The notes under the pieces: generated by a model
Databases searched by the model: none
The model's input: only the letters and a program-made list of their open reading frames with translations
Told to the model about the DNA's origin: nothing
Part shown: positions 26,705 through 32,000 of the stretch, piece by piece
Position numbering within the stretch: position 1 is the stretch's first letter
Layout: every line of letters starts with the position of its first letter
Translations under genes and position numbers: made by a program
Source of the DNA: Sulfolobus acidocaldarius DSM 639
GTDB lineage: Archaea; Thermoproteota; Thermoprotei_A; Sulfolobales; Sulfolobaceae
Length of the DNA: 32,000 nucleotides
Assembly (NCBI RefSeq): GCF_000012285.1
Contig: NC_007181.1
Coordinates: 120,001 to 152,000, forward strand
Direction: 5' to 3'

Positions 26705-27726
26705 ATGAACTAGAAGAGTTGAGAAAAGAAATAGAGGAGATAGATAGTCAAATTTTAAATTTAATCGCAAAAAGGCTCCAAGTTTCTTCTATGATAGGAG
26801 AGATTAAAGGTAAGATGGGTTTTAACGTTACGGATGAGAAGAGGGAGGAATATGTTAAGGAATATTGGACTGAGAAGGGTAGAAGGCTAGGAATTCCAGA
26901 ATCTTTAGTCTCATCTGTTCTCACTAACCTAATTTCCTACTCAAAGATGTTTCAAGTTAAAGACTCGAAGAAGAGAAGAGTTACAATAATAGGATATGGT
27001 GGAATGGCAAGATCCTTGTCATCTCTCTTTCATCTTTCTGGTCATAATGTGGTAATTACAGGCAGAGATAAGAGAAAGGCTGAGAGACTTGCAAATGAAT
27101 TTAAGTTTGTCTATATGGAAGAAAAGAGTGCACTGGACTGGAGTGAATATGTTATACTTTCGATTAGTCCCAGTGGACTGGACTATGCAGAGAGTGTTTT
27201 AAAATATGCTAAAGAAAAAGTTGTGATGGATATTTTTTCTACTAAATCTAATACATTTCGAAAACTTCAGACCCTATCTGAACAGTTCTCTTTTGAGTAT
27301 ATTTCAACTCATCCTCTTTTTGGTCCTATTTTATATCCTGTAGGGGAGAGAATAGCTGTGATACCCTCCCAGAAATCCACGAGAACACAGGAGGTTATAG
27401 AGTTTTGGAGAAAGTGTGGTTTAGTACCTGTCTTGACTACTCCAGAAGAACATGACAAAGTCATGGCTATAGTCCAAGTTTTGGCTCATTTCTACATGTT
27501 AGGTCTGTTACGAAGCTCAAACACGTTAAAGAAGGAGTTGGAAGTCGGTAATAAGATAGATGAATTACAGACTACGAATTTTAGAGAGATAAGTAAGATA
27601 TTAGATAGAATCAACTCCTTACTCCCCGTTATTTTGGAAATTCAGAAGGATAATCCTTATGCCCATAAGGTAAGAGATTTAGGTATGAGAGAACTTCAAG
27701 ATGTTTTGAAAAGTCTAGGTGAGTGA
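26701..27726 (+). CDS. tyrA: Bifunctional chorismate mutase / prephenate dehydrogenase
   Basis: It has an N-terminal AroQ-type CM helix ([22 protein letters not shown]) followed by a Rossmann fold ([11 protein letters not shown]) and the PDH motif (STHPLFGP). Confidence 0.85.
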   Translation: MNELEELRKEIEEIDSQILNLIAKRLQVSSMIGEIKGKMGFNVTDEKREEYVKEYWTEKGRRLGIPESLVSSVLTNLISYSKMFQVKDSKKRRVTIIGYGGMARSLSSLFHLSGHNVVITGRDKRKAERLANEFKFVYMEEKSALDWSEYVILSISPSGLDYAESVLKYAKEKVVMDIFSTKSNTFRKLQTLSEQFSFEYISTHPLFGPILYPVGERIAVIPSQKSTRTQEVIEFWRKCGLVPVLTTPEEHDKVMAIVQVLAHFYMLGLLRSSNTLKKELEVGNKIDELQTTNFREISKILDRINSLLPVILEIQKDNPYAHKVRDLGMRELQDVLKSLGE

Positions 27727-27729
27727 AAC

Positions 27730-28722
27730 ATGCTCCTAATTCTTAAACAAAACGCAAATTACTCTTCCTTAAAAGAAAAACTAAATAATTCGTCTGCTTC
27801 ATATAAGTTTCTTGATCTATACGGTAAAAAACTTGTAGTTACCTGGCCTGATACTTATGTAGAAAACATAAAGGACGAGAGTATAGAGATTGCTGTTAAA
27901 AGTAAGCGTCAATTTCCTCTAGTGAGCAATGAATGGAAAAAAGATCCCACTATTGTTAAAGTCAAGGATGTAGAAATAGGTGGGGACAGGTTAGTTGTTG
28001 CTGCAGGACCATGCGCAGTTGAAGATGAGGAACAAGTATTAACTGTTGCCAAGGCTGCCAAAAGAGCTGGAGCAAAACTTCTGAGAGGAGGTGCTCTAAA
28101 GCCCAGAACCAGTCCCTATTCATTTCAAGGACTAGGGGAGAGAGGGTTAGAGATACTCAGAAAGGTAGGAGACCAAGTTGGACTCCCTGTAGTTTCAGAG
28201 ATAATGGATACTAGGCAAATAGACATGTTCAAAAAGTATGCTGATATGCTCCAGATCGGTGCTAGGAATGGTCAGAACTTCGATTTACTTAAGGAAGCTG
28301 GGAAATCTGGGATGCCAGTATTATTGAAGAGGGGTTTAGGCAACACGGTAGATGAGTGGTTACTAGCAGCTGAGTATTTACTTTTGGAGGGTAATGGTAA
28401 CGTGGTATTGTGTGAAAGAGGGATTAGGACATTTGAAAAGGCTACGAGATTCACTATGGATATAGGAGGGATGATAGCAGCAAAATTACAAACTCATTTA
28501 CCCATATGTGCAGATCCAAGTCACCCAGCAGGTAAAAGAGAATTAGTTCATTCCCTTGCTTTAGCTGCTGTTGCTGCTGGTGCAGATATGTTATTAATTG
28601 AAGTTCATCCAAATCCCGAGAAGGCACTTAGCGATTCAGAGCAACAATTAACACCAGACTCATTTGAACTACTAATGAATAGGATAAGAGCTTTAGCTAA
28701 TGTTTTAGGTAGAAAGGTATGA
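27730..28722 (+). CDS. 3-deoxy-7-phosphoheptulonate (DAHP) synthase, type I-beta with an N-terminal extra domain
   Basis: It has a KDO8PS/DAHPS-I-beta core ([32 protein letters not shown]). About 90 aa precede the barrel. Confidence 0.9.
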   Translation: MLLILKQNANYSSLKEKLNNSSASYKFLDLYGKKLVVTWPDTYVENIKDESIEIAVKSKRQFPLVSNEWKKDPTIVKVKDVEIGGDRLVVAAGPCAVEDEEQVLTVAKAAKRAGAKLLRGGALKPRTSPYSFQGLGERGLEILRKVGDQVGLPVVSEIMDTRQIDMFKKYADMLQIGARNGQNFDLLKEAGKSGMPVLLKRGLGNTVDEWLLAAEYLLLEGNGNVVLCERGIRTFEKATRFTMDIGGMIAAKLQTHLPICADPSHPAGKRELVHSLALAAVAAGADMLLIEVHPNPEKALSDSEQQLTPDSFELLMNRIRALANVLGRKV

Positions 28723-29780
28723 TAAGATTTAGTGAGAGTATTACCTCTCAACAGGATATAGATGTAGTAGTTGGAGAAAACGCATTAAGTTATCTGAGAG
28801 AAATACAAAATAAAAAAGCCATATTTTACTCAAGTAGCGTGAACATAGATTTTATTAAACCTCATCTTGAGGGAGAATACACCCTTGTTCCCATAAAGGA
28901 CGGAGAGGAAGCAAAGGATATCCAGTATTCACTTGAGCTCCTAAAGGTTCTATTTGATGGAGGTTTTGATAGAGGGGACTATGTAATTGCAATTGGTGGA
29001 GGGTCTGTAACGGATACTGTTGGTTTTATAGCCTCCACGTATATGAGAGGCTTAAATCTAATCAATGTTCCCACCACCCTTCTTGGAATGGTTGATGCTG
29101 GAATAGGTGGAAAGAACGGAGTCAATTTTGGGAGAATTAAAAACATCATCGGAACTTTCTATCAGCCTAGAGCAATTATTGCAGACTTGAGGTTTTTAAT
29201 ATCATTACCCTCAGAGGAGGTTAGGAAAGGTCTAGCTGAGGTCATAAAATATGGTTTAGTGTTAGATAAAGAATTATATGACTTCCTCGCCCTAAATAAG
29301 AATTCAGTGTTAAGCAAAGACCCTGAGTCGTTGGAGTATGTTGTACAGAGATCCATACAGGACAAGCTGAGTGTGGTTAAGGAAGATGAGAGGGAGACAA
29401 AGGGAGTTAGAATAGTTTTGAACTTTGGTCATACTATTGGGCATGCTATTGAAGCTGGATCAGGATTTAGTATACCTCACGGTTATGCAATATCTGTGGG
29501 TATGGTCTGCGAGGCTAAAATAGCTGAGGAGATGGGTTATTCCGAGGAAGGAGTAGTTGAAGATACTGTGTGGATACTTTCGCATTACAACTTGCCAATT
29601 AGTATTGATGAGCTGTCCTCTAAGATTGACCTCAAAGAGGCTTTATTTGCACTATCAAAGGATAAGAAAGTGAGAAATGGAGTACTATTGATGCCCTTTC
29701 CCACAAGGATAGGAGATTGGAAAAGAGTTGAAGTACCAATTGAGACTTTAAAAGGGTTTGCTGAACAATGCTTAAAATAA
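28719..29780 (+). CDS. aroB: 3-dehydroquinate synthase
   Basis: It has the motifs [31 protein letters not shown] and [11 protein letters not shown]. Confidence 0.9.
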   Translation: MIRFSESITSQQDIDVVVGENALSYLREIQNKKAIFYSSSVNIDFIKPHLEGEYTLVPIKDGEEAKDIQYSLELLKVLFDGGFDRGDYVIAIGGGSVTDTVGFIASTYMRGLNLINVPTTLLGMVDAGIGGKNGVNFGRIKNIIGTFYQPRAIIADLRFLISLPSEEVRKGLAEVIKYGLVLDKELYDFLALNKNSVLSKDPESLEYVVQRSIQDKLSVVKEDERETKGVRIVLNFGHTIGHAIEAGSGFSIPHGYAISVGMVCEAKIAEEMGYSEEGVVEDTVWILSHYNLPISIDELSSKIDLKEALFALSKDKKVRNGVLLMPFPTRIGDWKRVEVPIETLKGFAEQCLK

Positions 29781-30559
29781 ATAATGATACAAAACTTTTT
29801 GGAGTCTTAGGAGAAAACATACCATATACCTTATCTCCAGCTATACATAACTATGCATTTCAAAGGTTAGGAATTAATGCAGTTTACCTGAGATTTGATG
29901 TAAGAAGGGATAAATTTCACTCCATAATAATAGGACTATTGAATATAGCTTCCGGCTTGAATGTTACAATACCTTATAAAGAGGACGTAGTTAAGTATCT
30001 CTATGGCGTTTCTGAGGAGGCTAGAGTCATTGGAGCTGTGAACACTATTCATAACCTAAATGGTTACAATACTGACTACATAGCCATTTACAATTTGATA
30101 AAGGAGAAGCTAATTGATAAACCTTCAATATGCACAGTTTTTGGAGCTGGTGGTGCAGGGAGGGCTAGTATATACGCATTATTGAAATTAGGCTGTGAGG
30201 TTTATGTAATAAATAGATCATTAGAAAGGGCTCAATCCCTAGAGAAAGATTTTAAAGAATTTGGTTATGATATTAAGATAATTTCTTCCTGTAAACCTGG
30301 AGATATAATAGTTAACGCTACTCCAAATTCTAGTTACGTTCCAGACGAATGCATAAAGGGAAAACTTGTTGTAGATCTAGTTTATAATCCTGTAAAGACT
30401 CCACTTATATTAAAGGCTGAAAAAACAGGTATAAGATCAATAAATGGTCTAGAGATTTTGGTACGTCAGGCAATGGAGGCTGAAAGGATTTGGTTTGGTA
30501 AATCGTTAAGTGATGAAGAGGTGGTGAAGTTCTTATATGCCAGGAAACTCGTTAGGTAA
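29768..30559 (+). CDS. aroE: Shikimate 5-dehydrogenase
   Basis: It has the motifs SLSPAIHN, NVTIPYK, GAVNT, NTD and a GAGGAGRA Rossmann motif. Confidence 0.9.
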   Translation: MLKINNDTKLFGVLGENIPYTLSPAIHNYAFQRLGINAVYLRFDVRRDKFHSIIIGLLNIASGLNVTIPYKEDVVKYLYGVSEEARVIGAVNTIHNLNGYNTDYIAIYNLIKEKLIDKPSICTVFGAGGAGRASIYALLKLGCEVYVINRSLERAQSLEKDFKEFGYDIKIISSCKPGDIIVNATPNSSYVPDECIKGKLVVDLVYNPVKTPLILKAEKTGIRSINGLEILVRQAMEAERIWFGKSLSDEEVVKFLYARKLVR

Positions 30560-30560
30560 G

Positions 30561-31712
30561 ATGTTTAGAATTACGACATTTGGAGAGAGTCATGGTCCAA
30601 TGATAGGTGTGATTGTGGACGGCGTTCCTGCAGGACTTTACATAAGTAAGGAGGATATCGAGTTTGAATTGAGTTTTCGAAGACCAGGTAAGCAATTCGT
30701 TAGCGGAAGGAGGGAGAAGGATGAGCCTGAAATTGTCAGCGGGGTTTATAATGGTAGAACCACAGGTGCCCCGCTAACTATCATTATTAGAAATAATGAT
30801 GTGATCTCCTCACTATATGAGGAAGTTAAACATAAACCCAGACCAGGACATGCAGACTTACCGTATATCATGAAATACGGTTATGAGAATTGGGACTATA
30901 GGGGAGGAGGGAGATCGAGTGCAAGGGAGACCGCATCTAGAGTAGCAGCCTCTGCAATAGCCAAGAAATTACTCATGTTAACTGATACTGTGATAGGTGC
31001 ACATCTGAAGTCTTTGGGTCCAGTGGAACTTGATGAAGATGTTTCCTTCAGGGAGATATTCTGTTCTAAGTACAGCCCCGTAAGGGCAAGTAAGAAATGG
31101 CTTGAAGAGAAGTACGAGGAACTGATCAAACAAGCTACAGTTGAAGGAGATAGTTGGGGAGGAGTTGCTGAAGTTATTGCGGATAATGTGCCGATAGGTT
31201 TGGGTGAGCCAGTTTTTGATAAACTGAAGTCTGATTTAGCTAAGGCTTTACTTTCAATACCTGCAGTTGTTGGTTTTGAGTATGGGTTAGGATTTAAAGC
31301 AAGTAAAATGAAGGGTAGTGAGGCAAACGATGAAATAGTTATTAAGGATAATGGGAAACTGGGATGGAGATACAATAAGGCAGGAGGTATATTAGGTGGT
31401 CTTTCAAATGGCGAGAAATTAGTTTTGAGATGTGCATTTAAGCCTACTAGTTCAATAAGAAAACCACAGAAAACTGTAGATTTACGTACCTCTGAAGAGT
31501 CTACTATTCGTGTGATAGGTAGGCATGATCCTGCGGTAGCAATAAGAGGTGTCTCTGTGGCTGAGGCAATGGTTGCCTTAGTGTTAGTGGATCATGCACT
31601 TAGATCTGGTTATATTCCACCTGTAAAATTGAGTGAAGATCAAGCTAGGATTATAGAGGAGAAATGGAGGAGGTATGTAGAGGAATGCAAACCTATGCAG
31701 GAATCTCAGTAG
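30561..31712 (+). CDS. aroC: Chorismate synthase
   Basis: The family N-terminus is [12 protein letters not shown], and the signatures RPGHAD and [10 protein letters not shown] are present. The ATG at 30561 (1 nt after the aroE stop) fits better than the track start at 30537. Confidence 0.95.
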   Translation: MFRITTFGESHGPMIGVIVDGVPAGLYISKEDIEFELSFRRPGKQFVSGRREKDEPEIVSGVYNGRTTGAPLTIIIRNNDVISSLYEEVKHKPRPGHADLPYIMKYGYENWDYRGGGRSSARETASRVAASAIAKKLLMLTDTVIGAHLKSLGPVELDEDVSFREIFCSKYSPVRASKKWLEEKYEELIKQATVEGDSWGGVAEVIADNVPIGLGEPVFDKLKSDLAKALLSIPAVVGFEYGLGFKASKMKGSEANDEIVIKDNGKLGWRYNKAGGILGGLSNGEKLVLRCAFKPTSSIRKPQKTVDLRTSEESTIRVIGRHDPAVAIRGVSVAEAMVALVLVDHALRSGYIPPVKLSEDQARIIEEKWRRYVEECKPMQESQ

Positions 31713-32000
31713 TAAACGCATTGCCAGGCTGGTACGGTTCATCAATGGCAATTGACTTAAAGGTAGAGGTGAAAGTCAGTGAGACTGAGTACTGTGAGAG
31801 TCAAGATATATTGATAGATACTATAATTCAATTCTTCAGACAAAAGTACAACCTACCTTGTATGAAGGCTGAAATAAACTCAGAGATTCCTCCAAAAGGA
31901 GGTTTGAAAAGCAGTAGTGCTGTTTCCACTGCGTTAATAGCTGAAATTATGAGAAGGTATAAGATAAAAGATGTCGATCCACCAAAATTATCCGCAATAC
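31685..32000 (+). CDS. aroK: Shikimate kinase, archaeal GHMP-kinase type (partial; runs off the window end)
   Basis: The frame from the ATG at 31685 reads [29 protein letters not shown]...[21 protein letters not shown]. It has the GHMP motif (P-x-GSGLGSS-like GGLKSSSA) and an N-terminus comparable to the Methanocaldococcus-type enzyme. It overlaps the aroC end by 28 nt. Confidence 0.8.
   Translation, partial: MQTYAGISVVNALPGWYGSSMAIDLKVEVKVSETEYCESQDILIDTIIQFFRQKYNLPCMKAEINSEIPPKGGLKSSSAVSTALIAEIMRRYKIKDVDPPKLSAI

Overview
The window is an AT-rich crenarchaeal chromosome segment that looks Sulfolobales-like (Saccharolobus/Sulfolobus). The evidence is TATA boxes about 26-27 nt upstream of start codons (leaderless-type promoters), an intron-containing tRNA, C/D-box sRNAs, and archaeal-only genes (TFS, RpoL, Csl4, Dph2, Pcc1, a split transketolase, a GHMP-type shikimate kinase). 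About 40 protein genes are tightly packed, many with 4-32 nt overlaps. Most are housekeeping. 1-6.7 kb holds an NADH-oxidase-family gene (partial), PGI/PMI, cysS, a NUDIX hydrolase, a sequon-rich surface glycoprotein and gdhA. 8.5-11.8 kb holds an SDR, a family-4 UDG, a DtxR-type repressor and a DHDPS-family aldolase. 15.3-18.2 kb holds P5C dehydrogenase and a CoA-binding protein. 18.7-24.9 kb is an information-processing array: tRNA-Arg(UCU), TFS, RpoL, Csl4, Dph2, L10e, Pcc1, a RecJ/Cdc45-like protein and an E1-like ThiF. 25-32 kb is a transketolase plus aromatic-amino-acid supraoperon (tkt N/C, CM-PDH, DAHP synthase, aroB, aroE, aroC, aroK). The ORF track misses three things. (1) A guide-RNA locus at 9966-10091 (minus strand) has a candidate H/ACA sRNA (8-bp lower stem, 7+6 nt pocket, K-loop, ACA 15 nt from the upper stem) followed after exactly 3 nt by a textbook C/D-box sRNA. 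(2) A second textbook C/D-box sRNA at about 11786-11845 (plus strand) has its C box over a stop codon and shares an 8-nt guide core with the first. (3) Two visibly more AT-rich, poorly characterised cassettes are the best candidates for an undescribed (possibly defence or signalling) system. One is an ABC/OLD-like ATPase with an apparently degenerate Toprim-like tail, translationally coupled to a DUF131-type small membrane protein (6658-8431). The other is a ~940-aa P-loop NTPase with a STAND-like layout and a hydrophobic C-terminal tail, followed by a membrane-tethered winged-helix protein (11846-15161). No CRISPR array, transposase, integrase or rRNA was seen. All functional calls rest on motif recognition by eye, and no database search was possible.
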